Made by a program: the position numbers and the translations under genes. A stretch of 64,000 nucleotides of DNA from Gammaproteobacteria bacterium (GTDB lineage Bacteria > Pseudomonadota > Gammaproteobacteria > Steroidobacterales > Steroidobacteraceae). Shown piece by piece: positions 43,637 through 53,138 of this stretch. The stretch spans positions 9,148 to 73,147 of the forward strand of contig VBMV01000058.1 of NCBI GenBank assembly GCA_005878835.1, in the 5' to 3' direction. The notes beneath the pieces were generated by a model. It searched no databases and was not told the DNA's origin. It worked only from the letters and a program-made list of their open reading frames with translations. Numbering within the stretch: position 1 is the stretch's first letter; the number at the start of each line of letters is the position of its first letter.

Positions 43637-46261
43637 TCAGGTCGCGCGCCGCCGACCCGAGCTGCCGACGAACACCACCGAGTCGCCCGCCTCGCGGCGC
43701 GGCAGCTGCGCGGCCGCTTCCAGGGTGAGCCGCGCGCGCGCGCTGGCGGCCTGCGCCTCGGCTGCGGCGGCGCTCGCTTCGACCGGGTTGCCCAGCAGGA
43801 AACCCTGTACGCTGATCGGACCGCAACGCGACAGGAACTCCAGTTGCGCCTCTCGCTCGACACCCTCCGCCACCACCTGCAGCCCCAGGCCATGGCACAG
43901 GGCGACGACGGAGCGCACGATCGCCGCGGAGCGCGGGTTGCTGTCCACGGCGGCCGTCAGCTGCCGGTCGAGCTTCACGCGCGAGATGGGCAACTGCTCG
44001 AGCGAGGTGAGCGAGGAGTAGCCGATGCCGAAATCATCGAGCGCAACCGCCACGCCCAGATCACGCAGCTGGCGCAGCGAGTCGACCGTGGCGGGGCCGG
44101 TCTGAAAGACCGTCTCGGTGATCTCCAGCTCGAGCGCGCTGGCCGGCAATCCGGTGACTTGCAGCGTGCGCGCCACGTGCGCCACGAAATCGCTCTCGAA
44201 GAACTGCGGCGCCGAGACGTTGATCGCCACGCTGGCGCGGTGCCAACCCGCCGCGCGCCACGCGGCGGCGGTCGCAGCCGCAGTATGCAATATCCAGTCG
44301 GTCAGTTCGTGAATGAGGCCGGTCTTCTCGGCCACGTGGATGAACTCGGCGGCGCTGGCGATGCGGCCGTCGGATTTGCGCCAGCGCAGCAGCGCCTCGA
44401 GGCCCGTCGACTCGAAGCTGTGCAGCGACACCTGCGGCTGGTACATGAGCAGCAGATCGCCGGCCTCGACTGCGCGGCGCAGCGACTGCTCGAGTCGAAA
44501 GCGCTTTGCCGCGGCATCGTAGAGCGCCGGACTGTAGAGGGCGAAGCGGTTGCGTCCCAGCTCCTTGGCGCGGAACAGCGCCACGTCCGCGGCGCGCAGC
44601 AGCCCTTCGGCATCCGCCGCGTGATCGGGATACAGGCTCGCGCCGACGCTGGCGCTGGTGGTGAGCACGCGCCCGTCGACAATGAGCGGCTCCTGCAGCG
44701 TCGCGACGATCTGTGCCGCGCGGCTCTCGACCTCATCGCTGGATTGCACATCCTCGAGCAGCACCGTGAACTCGTCGCCCCCCAGGCGCGCCAGCAGCCC
44801 CGTGGGCCCGGTGGCGGCGTGCAGGCGCTCGGCGATGTTCTGCAGCACCCGGTCCCCGAAGCTGTGACCGAGCGTGTCGTTGATCGACTTGAAGTTGTCC
44901 ACATCCACGAACAGCAGCGCCAGGCGCTGCCGGGTTCCGGCGCGCGCCAGCGCGCTCGCCAGGTGCGCCGCCAGCTTGCGGCGGTTGGGCAGCTGCGTCA
45001 GCGGATCGTGATGCGCGAGATGATGCAGCTGCTCGGTGCGCTCGGCGACGTGACGCTCGAGCTCCGCATGGTGGGCGCGCAGCTCCGCCTCGGCGTGCGC
45101 GATGCGGTCCGCCATGGTGTTGAAGGATTCGGCGAGCTCATCGATCTCGGCCGAGCCGCCGCGCGGGGCGCGCGCACCGCGGTCGCCGCCGGCGAGCCGC
45201 CGCGTGGCCGCGGTGAGGCGGCGCACCGGTACGCTGATGCTCACCGCCAGCATGAGCGAGACCAGCAGCACCAACCCCAGCACCGCGGCGGCGGTGTTCC
45301 TGAGCGTATGCTGGGCCTCCTCGGTTGCGGTGGCGGCGTGCTGCGCCGCCTGCAGCAGGCCGAGACGCGCCGGCATCTGCAACTCCTGCTGCACGCCCAC
45401 GGTGAGCACGGCGCTGTCCTCGCGCAGGCTGTGCCATTGCGGTGCGCTCTGCGCGTCATAGCGCTCGATCTCGCGCCGCAGGCGCGCGGCCTGGGCAAAG
45501 TCCTGCCGCACCAGTCCGAGCCAGGCCTGGCCGGGGGAGCTCTCGAACTCCGCGGAGTGCGCGTTCAGCACCGCCGTGAAGTCGCGCTCGCGCCGTGCGG
45601 TCACCTCGGGTGTGGCGATCATGCCGCGCACGGCGTTCATGGCCGCCGCGAGCTCGGCGAGCGAGCGCCGTGCCACCACCTGCGTGCCGTTGATGGCCAG
45701 TCCCGAGCCGCCGGCGGAGGTGATGCGCTGGTAGACCTGGTTGAGGGCGGCCTGGCGCTGCGCGACCCACTGCGCGCGCTGCGCGGCGCGACCGGTGAGC
45801 TCGCGGGCGCTGCCGATGTGGCGGGTGAGCTGCAGGCGCAGGGCGGTGCCGCTCGCCGTGACCGGCGGTGACGGCGAGCTGCCGAAGTAGCCGGCGACCG
45901 CCGCTTCGAGCGCATCCCCGGCCCCGGTCATGGCGCGCGACTGGTCCGGGTTGTGCGCCTGCAGGTCCTCATCGACCGCGCGATCGTAGGCGAGGAGTCC
46001 TTCCAGCACGGCGTTGGCCCTGTTGGCGAGCGGCTCGTCCTCGTTCTGCATGCTGCGAACCGCCTCGAGCGCCTCACGTGTGGTGCGCGTGGCGAGCCCC
46101 TCGCCAAGCATCAGCACGGTCGTGACCGCGGCCAGGCCCAGGCCGAGGCGCCGGCCAATCCCGAGTCGCGGCACGCGCAAGCGCCAGCCGCGCGGTACGC
46201 GTGGCGCGGGCAGCGGGCGCGGCGCGCTCGGGCGCGCGGTTTCAGCGATCGGTTTGCGCAT
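43637..46261 (-). CDS. Membrane sensor with helical periplasmic domain, HAMP, GGDEF and EAL domains
   Basis: Two TM segments flank a helical region of about 280 aa. HAMP is SVPVRRLTAATRRLAGGD...IDELAESFNTMA. GGDEF is intact (RLGGDEFTVLL). EAL motifs present: LEALLRW, INVS, ELEITE, ALDDFGIGYSS, KLDR, EGVE. Confidence 0.9.
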   Translation of the reverse strand: MRKPIAETARPSAPRPLPAPRVPRGWRLRVPRLGIGRRLGLGLAAVTTVLMLGEGLATRTTREALEAVRSMQNEDEPLANRANAVLEGLLAYDRAVDEDLQAHNPDQSRAMTGAGDALEAAVAGYFGSSPSPPVTASGTALRLQLTRHIGSARELTGRAAQRAQWVAQRQAALNQVYQRITSAGGSGLAINGTQVVARRSLAELAAAMNAVRGMIATPEVTARRERDFTAVLNAHSAEFESSPGQAWLGLVRQDFAQAARLRREIERYDAQSAPQWHSLREDSAVLTVGVQQELQMPARLGLLQAAQHAATATEEAQHTLRNTAAAVLGLVLLVSLMLAVSISVPVRRLTAATRRLAGGDRGARAPRGGSAEIDELAESFNTMADRIAHAEAELRAHHAELERHVAERTEQLHHLAHHDPLTQLPNRRKLAAHLASALARAGTRQRLALLFVDVDNFKSINDTLGHSFGDRVLQNIAERLHAATGPTGLLARLGGDEFTVLLEDVQSSDEVESRAAQIVATLQEPLIVDGRVLTTSASVGASLYPDHAADAEGLLRAADVALFRAKELGRNRFALYSPALYDAAAKRFRLEQSLRRAVEAGDLLLMYQPQVSLHSFESTGLEALLRWRKSDGRIASAAEFIHVAEKTGLIHELTDWILHTAAATAAAWRAAGWHRASVAINVSAPQFFESDFVAHVARTLQVTGLPASALELEITETVFQTGPATVDSLRQLRDLGVAVALDDFGIGYSSLTSLEQLPISRVKLDRQLTAAVDSNPRSAAIVRSVVALCHGLGLQVVAEGVEREAQLEFLSRCGPISVQGFLLGNPVEASAAAAEAQAASARARLTLEAAAQLPRREAGDSVVFVGSSGRRRAT

Positions 46262-46476
46262 GGGACATAAGCCGCGGCCGGCAGATGAGGACCTGTGTCA
46301 CAGTCACCTGCCGCATGATGCGCGCGCCCCGCGCCACGCTTCCGTGGCCGGCATCGCATAAAGCAATGCACGGTGGCGCAGCGGGGTGCGCGAGCCGCCT
46401 GAGGCGGGCGGTTCGTGTCGGCCGTCACGTTCTTTGCCCTATACTAGGCGCCAACGATGAAGGGCGGCCCAAGAGC

Positions 46477-46776
46477 ATGACCGAGCTTGCTGATACCTTT
46501 GACGCGGCTTTTTCAAAGGCGGTCGATCTGGGCAACCGGATCGCAGACAAGGACAAGGACGCGGATCTGTGGGACATCGCCGACGGGCTGCTCGCCGGCG
46601 CGATCCAGTACTGGTTGTATTCGCGTCAGCCGTGCGGCGATCCGCGCTGCCAGGACTGCATGCCCATCAGTACCGCCCAGGGCCGCATGGCGGAGCTCAA
46701 CCGCCTCATCGCGCAGTTAGCTTCCGAGAGCGAGTACTTCCACACGCCCACCGACGCCAACGCCGGCCGCGCGTGA
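46477..46776 (+). CDS. Small hypothetical protein (possibly DUF3144-like)
   Basis: The 99-aa product is helical and acidic, with a Cys cluster (QPCGDPRCQDC). A TATACT -10-like hexamer lies 31 nt upstream (46440-46445). The family call is tentative. Confidence 0.5.
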   Translation: MTELADTFDAAFSKAVDLGNRIADKDKDADLWDIADGLLAGAIQYWLYSRQPCGDPRCQDCMPISTAQGRMAELNRLIAQLASESEYFHTPTDANAGRA

Positions 46777-46800
46777 GGGCGGCGCGCCCGTGCGGGCGAG

Positions 46801-48108
46801 TCAGACCGCGGCGCTCGCTCTCGCCCCCGCTCCCGCCACCTCCTCCAGCGCCAGCTCGAACAGGTGGCAGCCTTCCTTCAGGTGCGCGTCGGGAATGGTG
46901 AGCGGCGCGAGGAAGCGGATGACGTTGGAATAGACGCCGCAGGAGAGAATCACCAGCCCGCGCCGGCCGGCGGCCTGCACCAGTGCCTTGGTGAGGTCCG
47001 CATCCGGCGCATCGGCGCGCGAGTTCTTCACCAGCTCGAGGGCCACCATGGCGCCGAGCGCGCGCACGTCGCCCACACACGGAAAGCGCACCTGCAGTCC
47101 TTTCAGCCGCGAGCTCATGAAGCGCCCGATCTCCTGCGCGCGCTTCAGCAGCTGCTCCTCGCGCATCACCTCGAGCACCGCCAGCCCGGCCGCGCAGCCG
47201 AGCGGGGAGCCGGCGAAGGTCCCGCCCAGTCCGCCCGGACCCGGCGCGTCCATGATGTCGGCCTTGCCGACGACGGCCGACAGCGGTACTCCGCCGGCCA
47301 CGCTCTTCGCCAGGGTGATGAGGTCCGGCTCGACTCCGGCGTGCTCGATGGCGAACATGCGCCCGGTGCGGCCGAAGCCGCTCTGGATCTCATCGGCGAT
47401 CAGCACGATGCCGTGGCGGTCGCACACCGCGCGCAGCCGCCGCAGAAACTCTGACGGCGCCGCATAGAACCCGCCTTCCCCCAGCACCGGCTCGATGATG
47501 ATCGCCGCGACGCGCGCCGGGTCCACGTCCGCCTTGAACAGCTGCTCGAGCGCCTGCAGCGAATGCTCGAGCGTGACGCCGTGATACGGCATCGGGTAGG
47601 GCAGGTGGTAGACCTCCGGCAGCATCGGTCCGAAGCCCGCCTTGTAGGGTTGCACCTTGCCGGTGAGGCTGACGCACGCCAGCGTGCGGCCGTGAAAGCC
47701 ACCCGCGAACCCGATCACGGCCGAGCGCTTGGTATGAAAGCGCGCGATCTTGATGGCGTTCTCCACCGCCTCCGCGCCGCTGCTCAGGAACAGGGTCTTC
47801 TTGGGACCGGCGCCCGGGGCGAGCGCGTTCAACTGCTCCGCGAGCGCGATGTAGCTCTCGTACGGGGTCACTTGAAAGCAGGCGTGCATGAGCTTTTCCA
47901 GCTGCCGCGCCACCGCCTGCTGCACCTTCGGGTGCACGTGGCCGGTGTTGAGTACCGAGATGCCGCTGGCGAAGTCGATATAGCGCCGGCCCTCGACGTC
48001 CCAGATCTCGGCATTGCAGGCGCGCTCGGCGTACACCGCGAGCGAGTTGGTGACGCCGCGGGGCACGGCTTGCTGGCGGCGGGCATGCAGTTCGGCGTTC
48101 GACGTCAA
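46801..48108 (-). CDS. gabT: 4-aminobutyrate aminotransferase
   Basis: The product aligns by eye from residue 1 with E. coli GabT ([18 protein letters not shown] vs NSNKELMQRRSQAIPRGV). Shared motifs: LNTGH.HPKV, GFHGRT, IADE.QSG.GRTG, and FAKS/LAKS for the PLP lysine region. The TTG start at 48108 has AGGGGGA 6 nt upstream. The 657-aa ORF to 48774 is read-through. Confidence 0.93.
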   Translation of the reverse strand: MTSNAELHARRQQAVPRGVTNSLAVYAERACNAEIWDVEGRRYIDFASGISVLNTGHVHPKVQQAVARQLEKLMHACFQVTPYESYIALAEQLNALAPGAGPKKTLFLSSGAEAVENAIKIARFHTKRSAVIGFAGGFHGRTLACVSLTGKVQPYKAGFGPMLPEVYHLPYPMPYHGVTLEHSLQALEQLFKADVDPARVAAIIIEPVLGEGGFYAAPSEFLRRLRAVCDRHGIVLIADEIQSGFGRTGRMFAIEHAGVEPDLITLAKSVAGGVPLSAVVGKADIMDAPGPGGLGGTFAGSPLGCAAGLAVLEVMREEQLLKRAQEIGRFMSSRLKGLQVRFPCVGDVRALGAMVALELVKNSRADAPDADLTKALVQAAGRRGLVILSCGVYSNVIRFLAPLTIPDAHLKEGCHLFELALEEVAGAGARASAAV

Positions 48109-48578
48109 GGCGTTTCCCCCTGGCTGGTGAGCATTGCGGCGGCGCGATGGATCGCGGCGCGAATGCGCTGGTAGGTGCCGCAGCGGCACAGATTGCCGGA
48201 CATCGCCGTGTCGATGTCGGCGTCCGACGGCGCCGCGGTGTGCGCCAGCAGTGCCGCCGCCGACATGAGCTGACCGGACTGGCAGTAGCCGCATTGCGGC
48301 ACGTCCAGCTCGATCCAGGCCTTTTGCACCGGATGGCTGCGATCGGGCGACAGACCTTCGATCGTAGTCACCTTCCTGGCGCCGATGGAGCTCACGGGCG
48401 TGACGCACGAGCGGATGGGCTGCCCATCCAGGTGTACGGTGCACGCACCGCACAAGGCCATGCCGCAACCGAACTTGGTGCCGGTCAGGCCGAGCGTGTC
48501 GCGCAGCACCCACAGCAACGGCATGTCGGGATCGACATCGACTGTCGTATCCCTGCCGTTGACGCTGAGCTTGATCAT
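48105..48578 (-). CDS. (2Fe-2S)-binding small subunit of the xanthine dehydrogenase/aldehyde oxidase family (IorA-like)
   Basis: N-terminus MIKLSVNGR. Plant-type cluster motif [12 protein letters not shown]; second cluster CGYCQSGQ...CRCGTY. The stop overlaps the gabT TTG start (TTGA). Confidence 0.88.
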   Translation of the reverse strand: MIKLSVNGRDTTVDVDPDMPLLWVLRDTLGLTGTKFGCGMALCGACTVHLDGQPIRSCVTPVSSIGARKVTTIEGLSPDRSHPVQKAWIELDVPQCGYCQSGQLMSAAALLAHTAAPSDADIDTAMSGNLCRCGTYQRIRAAIHRAAAMLTSQGETP

Positions 48579-48619
48579 GGCACCTCCTGCAGCGGAGCAC
48601 CCGCGCACGAGCGCGCGGG

Positions 48620-48653
48620 CCGAGTTGCCGCGCGCGCCGAGTTGCCGCGCGCG
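48620..48653. repeat. Perfect 17-bp tandem direct repeat (2 copies)
   Basis: CCGAGTTGCCGCGCGCG occurs at 48620-48636 and again at 48637-48653, in the divergent region between the [2Fe-2S] gene and the FNR gene. Confidence 0.9.
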
Positions 48654-48730
48654 CTCCCCGCGCGACACCCGCACTATACGGCCCGCCGCGAGCGGCGCGC
48701 ACCCTTTGCGCCTCTTCCGGGGGAGGCCTC

Positions 48731-48759
48731 ATGCCAGGGGCCGGCAGACCCTCTACAAT
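48731..48759 (+). promoter_or_regulatory. Sigma70-like promoter candidate for the FNR-azurin genes
   Basis: ATGCCA-N17-TACAAT, with the -10 ending 35 nt before the GTG at 48795. Confidence 0.25.
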
Positions 48760-48794
48760 GCCTGGCCGCAACATCGGACGCGAAAGCGAGCGCC

Positions 48795-49853
48795 GTGAGC
48801 CAGAACCTAACCCGTGCCACCTCCACGCCGGCCGTCACCACCGAGGTCGTCATCATCGGCGCAGGTCCCTGCGGGCTGTTCCAGGTGTTCGAGCTGGGCC
48901 TCCTCGGGATCGGCGCCCAGGTGGTGGATTCGCTGCGGCACCCCGGCGGACAGTGCGCCGAGCTGTACCCCGACAAGCCGATCTACGACATACCGGCGCT
49001 GCCGGTGTGCGGCGCCCAGGAGCTGGTCGACCGGCTCATGCAACAGATCCGGCCCTTCAATCCGCAGCTGCACCTCGGCCATGAAGTGGTGGAGTTCGCG
49101 CGGCGCGATTGCGGGCGCTTCCACCTGCGCACCGCGGGCGGCGTCAGCTTCGACGCCGGTACCGTGGTGATCGCGGCGGGCGTGGGCTCCTTTCAGCCGC
49201 GGCGCATCGGACTCGAGGGCGCGGAGGCTTTCGAAGGCAGCGCCATCCACTACCGGGTGAAGAGTGCGGCCGAGCTGGCGGGCAAGCATCTGGTGATCTT
49301 CGGCGGCGGCGACTCGGCGCTCGACTGGACGCTGGAGTTGCTGCCACGGGCCGCGAGCCTCACTCTGGTGCATCGTCGGCACGAGTTCCGCGCCGCGCCC
49401 GCCTCGGTCGCGCGGATGCGGGAGCAGGTGGCGGCCGCGCGCCTGCGCTGCTTCGAGGCGCAGCCGCACTCGCTGATCGTCGACGGCGGCGCGCTGCGTG
49501 GTGTCAACATCCGCGCCCCCGACGGCGCGCTGCAGGCGCTGCCGGCCGATCAGCTGCTGGTGTTCTTCGGCCTGCACCCGAAGCTCGGACCGATCGCGGA
49601 GTGGGGCCTGGCGCTGGAAAAGAAGGCGCTGACCGTCGACGCCGAGAAGTTCCAGACCAGCGTGCCAGGAGTATTCGCGGTGGGTGACATCAATACCTAC
49701 CCGGGAAAGAAGAAGCTCATCCTGTGCGGGTTCCACGAGGCGGCGCTGGCCGCATTCGCGATCCAGCATCATCTGTATCCGCAGAAGAAGCAGTTCCTGC
49801 AGTACACCACCACGAGCCCGGTGATGCACAAGCGCCTGGGAGTGCCGGACTGA
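48795..49853 (+). CDS. Thioredoxin-reductase-type ferredoxin-NADP(+) reductase
   Basis: Motifs VVIIGAGPCGLF, GGQCAELYPDKPIYDIP, IFGGGDSALDW, VFAVGDI, and the C-terminal YTTTSP typical of TrxR-like FNRs. The GTG start at 48795 is inferred. Confidence 0.85.
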   Translation: MSQNLTRATSTPAVTTEVVIIGAGPCGLFQVFELGLLGIGAQVVDSLRHPGGQCAELYPDKPIYDIPALPVCGAQELVDRLMQQIRPFNPQLHLGHEVVEFARRDCGRFHLRTAGGVSFDAGTVVIAAGVGSFQPRRIGLEGAEAFEGSAIHYRVKSAAELAGKHLVIFGGGDSALDWTLELLPRAASLTLVHRRHEFRAAPASVARMREQVAAARLRCFEAQPHSLIVDGGALRGVNIRAPDGALQALPADQLLVFFGLHPKLGPIAEWGLALEKKALTVDAEKFQTSVPGVFAVGDINTYPGKKKLILCGFHEAALAAFAIQHHLYPQKKQFLQYTTTSPVMHKRLGVPD

Positions 49854-49877
49854 TCTCGCCCTTTGAAGGAGGACCCC

Positions 49878-50342
49878 ATGACCCTGATGCGTAACACCCT
49901 CGCCACCGCCGCCGTGCTCGGCGCACTCGCCGCGGCCCCGTACGCACACGCGGCCGACCCGTGCAAGCTGGAGATCAGCGGCAACGACCTGATGCAGTAC
50001 GACAAGCCGGAGCTGAGCGCGCCGGCGACCTGCAAGCAGATCACGGTCACGCTGCACCACACCGGCAAGCTGCCCCGGGAAGCGATGGGGCACAACTGGG
50101 TGCTGGTGAACGCGGCCGACCTCACCGCGGTGGCCACCGCCGGCATGGGCGCGGGGCTCGCGAACGACTACGTCGCGACCGGTGACAAGCGCGTGCTCGC
50201 GCACACCACGACCATCGGCGGCGGCGAGAGCACCAGCGTGACGTTTGCCACCTCGATCCTCAAGAAGGGCGGCGCCTACGAGTACCTGTGCACCTTCCCG
50301 GGCCACAACGCGCTGATGCACGGCATCTTCAAGTTCGGCTGA
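49878..50342 (+). CDS. azu: Azurin (blue copper protein) precursor
   Basis: Signal peptide ending AHA. The product aligns with Pseudomonas azurin. Copper ligand contexts are MGHNWVL and CTFPGHNALMHG. The SD GAAGGAGG lies 5 nt upstream of ATG 49878. Confidence 0.95.
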   Translation: MTLMRNTLATAAVLGALAAAPYAHAADPCKLEISGNDLMQYDKPELSAPATCKQITVTLHHTGKLPREAMGHNWVLVNAADLTAVATAGMGAGLANDYVATGDKRVLAHTTTIGGGESTSVTFATSILKKGGAYEYLCTFPGHNALMHGIFKFG

Positions 50343-50362
50343 AGGCAAGCGCGCACCGCCCC

Positions 50363-51226
50363 ATGGATCAACGCCTGGCCGATCTGCTGGCGCTGCTCGA
50401 GCTCGAGCAGCTCGAGGTCAACCTGTTCCGCGGCGCGAGCCGCGACATCGGGGCTCCGCAGGTGTTCGGCGGGCAGGTGCTGGGGCAGGCCCTCAGCGCC
50501 GCAGCCGCCACCGTCGAGGGTCGCGTGGTGCACTCGCTGCACGCGTATTTCCTGCGGCGCGGTGACTGCAACGCGCCCATCGTCTATCAGGTCGATCGCA
50601 GTCTCGACGGCCACAGTTTCGCCAACCGCCGCGTGGTGGCGATCCAGCACGGGCAGCAGATTTTCAACATGGCCGCCTCGTTCCAGGCGACCGAGGCGGG
50701 CTTCGATCACCAGATCGACATGCCACCGGTGCCGCCGCCGGAGGGCCTCGCGGACTCGAGCGGTCCGCCGGCCGAGCTGCTGGCGCGCCTGCCGGAGCGG
50801 GCGCGGCGCCTGTTCGAGCAGCCGCGTCCATTTGAATTCCGCATGGTGCAGAGGATCGATTACCTGCGCCCGCAGCCCGCAGCTCCCGAGCGCCAGATCT
50901 GGTTCCGCGCCGTCGATGCCCTGGGCGACGACGAGATGCTGCACCGGCGGCTGCTGGCGTACGTGTCGGATTTCTTCCTGCTCGATACCGCGACCCTGCC
51001 GCACGGCACCTCGTTCCTCAGACCCGGCCTGGTGATGGCCAGCATCGACCACGCCATGTGGTTTCACCGCGCGCTGCGCGTGGATGACTGGCTGCTGTAC
51101 GCGATGGAGAGCCCGAGCGCCTCCGGCGCGCGCGGCTTCGCGCGCGCCAGCGTGTTCGCGCGCGATGGCCGGCTGGTGGCGAGCGCGGCCCAGGAAGGTC
51201 TGGTGCGCAGCAGGAAGGATTCCTGA
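50363..51226 (+). CDS. tesB: Acyl-CoA thioesterase II
   Basis: Motifs LLELEQLEVNLFRG, FGGQVLGQAL and HSLHAYFLRRGD, with a double hot-dog layout. Confidence 0.92.
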   Translation: MDQRLADLLALLELEQLEVNLFRGASRDIGAPQVFGGQVLGQALSAAAATVEGRVVHSLHAYFLRRGDCNAPIVYQVDRSLDGHSFANRRVVAIQHGQQIFNMAASFQATEAGFDHQIDMPPVPPPEGLADSSGPPAELLARLPERARRLFEQPRPFEFRMVQRIDYLRPQPAAPERQIWFRAVDALGDDEMLHRRLLAYVSDFFLLDTATLPHGTSFLRPGLVMASIDHAMWFHRALRVDDWLLYAMESPSASGARGFARASVFARDGRLVASAAQEGLVRSRKDS

Positions 51227-51248
51227 GCGCCCACGGGCCGCCACAGTC

Positions 51249-52208
51249 ATGGCCGCGCTCCTTGGGGTGTTGCTTGCCGCGGCGGCGGCCGACGGCGCCG
51301 ATGTCGAGGCTCTGCAGCGACTGTGGTCCGGGGTGCGCGACTCCAGCGAGCAGGTGGTGGTGAGCGTCGAGGGCGGCGCCAGCGGGTGGCCGCTACTTAG
51401 CGAGCGGCGGGTGCGCACCATCGTCGCCCCGGTGAGGGTGGCCTGGCTGGGCGCGCACGTGCTGTATCTGGAGGAGTTTCTCGAGGACGACCCCGAGGAC
51501 CCGCGCCGCCAGCTGCTGCTGGCGCTCGAGCCGGCCGGCCCCGCGCATGCGGTGCGGGTGCGATTGTTCAGCTTCGCACGCCCGCGCCTGTGGATGCATC
51601 TCAACTACCGGCCGCGGCTGGCGGCGCGGCTCGCGTGGCGCGACCTGGTTGCTTCCCCGGACTGTGATTTGACGCTGACGCGGGTCGGCGAGCAGTTTCA
51701 GGGCGGCACGCTCGGGGCGCACTGCCTGGATGGCAGCCCCGGGGAGGCGCGCTACCTCGATTACCAGCTGGTCATCAGCCAGGAACTGTACTGGTATCGC
51801 CGGCGCACGCTACGCCAGAGCGACGGTGAGTTGCAGGAGGAGGTGATCGGCTTCAACCGCTTCGAGCCCAATGAGGCGCGGCTGTACGCCTGCCGCGTCG
51901 CCTGGTCCGCGAGCGGCGCGGCGCGCGATCTGCGCCCGCTCGTGAGGCTCGACCTGTACGAGGAAGGCGGACACGGCCGCTTCGTGACCCCCGACGGACG
52001 CGCGCTCGAGCTGACGCTGCACGGCCGCGACTGGCCGTTCGCGCTCGACCGCGCCGCTCTGATCCTGCTGCTGCAGGAGCAGGGCCATGACACACCCTTC
52101 GCGACCGCGTGGGCGCATGTGGGCGCGCAGCAGATCGCGCTCGAGTTAGGCTGGCTCGAGGTGCGTTGCGGCTCGATGGTACCGGACTCGGACGAGCTCG
52201 CTCAGTGA
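51249..52208 (+). CDS. Hypothetical protein; N-terminal ~200 aa resembles the CpcT/CpeT (DUF1001) beta-barrel family, with a C-terminal ~115 aa of unknown function
   Basis: The pattern LQRLWSG..DSSEQ ... VLYLEEF ... VRVRLFSF ... DCDLTLTRVGEQFQGGT...C ... ARYLDYQLVIS matches my recollection of CpcT-like proteins. The start and signal peptide are uncertain. Confidence 0.5.
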   Translation: MAALLGVLLAAAAADGADVEALQRLWSGVRDSSEQVVVSVEGGASGWPLLSERRVRTIVAPVRVAWLGAHVLYLEEFLEDDPEDPRRQLLLALEPAGPAHAVRVRLFSFARPRLWMHLNYRPRLAARLAWRDLVASPDCDLTLTRVGEQFQGGTLGAHCLDGSPGEARYLDYQLVISQELYWYRRRTLRQSDGELQEEVIGFNRFEPNEARLYACRVAWSASGAARDLRPLVRLDLYEEGGHGRFVTPDGRALELTLHGRDWPFALDRAALILLLQEQGHDTPFATAWAHVGAQQIALELGWLEVRCGSMVPDSDELAQ

Positions 52209-53125
52209 GCGGCGCGTGCGCTGAGAGCGTCGAGGTCTTTGAGCAGCAGTGGGTTGAAGCGCGCCGGCGCTTCCAGCATGAGGAAGTGGCCGCTGTGCTC
52301 GAGCACGTCGAGGGTGAAGTCCGGCAGTGACTTGCGGATACGCGCGGCGTCGGTGGGCAGCAGATCCGAGTTGATGGCGAACACCGGCACGTGAACGCCC
52401 GGCAGCACCGCCGCAAAATCCATCGACAGGAGCGAGCGCATGCTCGCCACGGCGATCGCGGGAGGCTCGAGTGACATGTCGTAGGCCACCTTCTGCACCA
52501 GTAGCGGATTCGCGTCGCGGGTGAACAGCGAGCCGGCCACCAGCTTGCGCGTCTCGCCCACGAAGTCGGCGCGAAACGGTGCGATGCGCTGCTCGATCTC
52601 GGACGGGCTGAGCGGTGGCAGCCCGACCGAGCGCAGCGCCTCGACCGCGATCACGCCGATCACGCGCGTACCGATCAGCGGGGTTGCCGCCAGCGATACC
52701 GCAGCTCCCATGGAGTGCCCGACCAGCACCAGGCGTGGGTTGGGGATCTGTCGCGCCACCGCCGCGACGTCCTGCGCATAGCTGGCGATCGACCAGTCGG
52801 CGCGGTTGTCGCCGGAGGCCCCGTGGCCGGCGAGGTTCAGCGCCACCACGGTGTAGCGCGACTCGAGAGCCGGCAGCTGGGCGTTCCAGTAATTGGCGTC
52901 GCTCGCCCAGCCGTGCACCAGCACCACGGCGGGGTCGCCGTGTCCATAGACGCGGTAGTCGATGTGCACGTTGTCGGGGGAGGTGGCGATGCGCGGCCCT
53001 TCGTCCCCGCCGGCGGCCGCGCTCGCCGGCACCGCGTCGGGGCCGTGCCGGCTGCAGGCGGCCACGGCGCTGAGAGCCAAGGCGCAGCCTGCCACCCGAG
53101 CGTAACCCATCCATGGCTCCTTCAC
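52202..53125 (-). CDS. Alpha/beta-hydrolase lipoprotein
   Basis: Lipobox SAVAAC, an HGW oxyanion region (VVLVHGWASD) and the nucleophile elbow GHSMGA. ATG 53110 is an alternative start. Confidence 0.85.
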   Translation of the reverse strand: MKEPWMGYARVAGCALALSAVAACSRHGPDAVPASAAAGGDEGPRIATSPDNVHIDYRVYGHGDPAVVLVHGWASDANYWNAQLPALESRYTVVALNLAGHGASGDNRADWSIASYAQDVAAVARQIPNPRLVLVGHSMGAAVSLAATPLIGTRVIGVIAVEALRSVGLPPLSPSEIEQRIAPFRADFVGETRKLVAGSLFTRDANPLLVQKVAYDMSLEPPAIAVASMRSLLSMDFAAVLPGVHVPVFAINSDLLPTDAARIRKSLPDFTLDVLEHSGHFLMLEAPARFNPLLLKDLDALSARAAH

Positions 53126-53138
53126 TGTTCGCGCAGGT

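Noticed and set aside
48620-48653. Possible CRISPR-like or REP-like repeat array.
   Set aside because: There are only two abutting copies with no spacers, so it is a tandem duplication and not an array. I noticed no other copies in the window.
46801-48774. 657-aa ORF that would fuse extra N-terminal sequence to GabT.
   Set aside because: Everything upstream of the TTG at 48108 is an out-of-frame reading of the [2Fe-2S] gene, whose own frame gives perfect cluster motifs. The GabT alignment with E. coli begins exactly at 48108.
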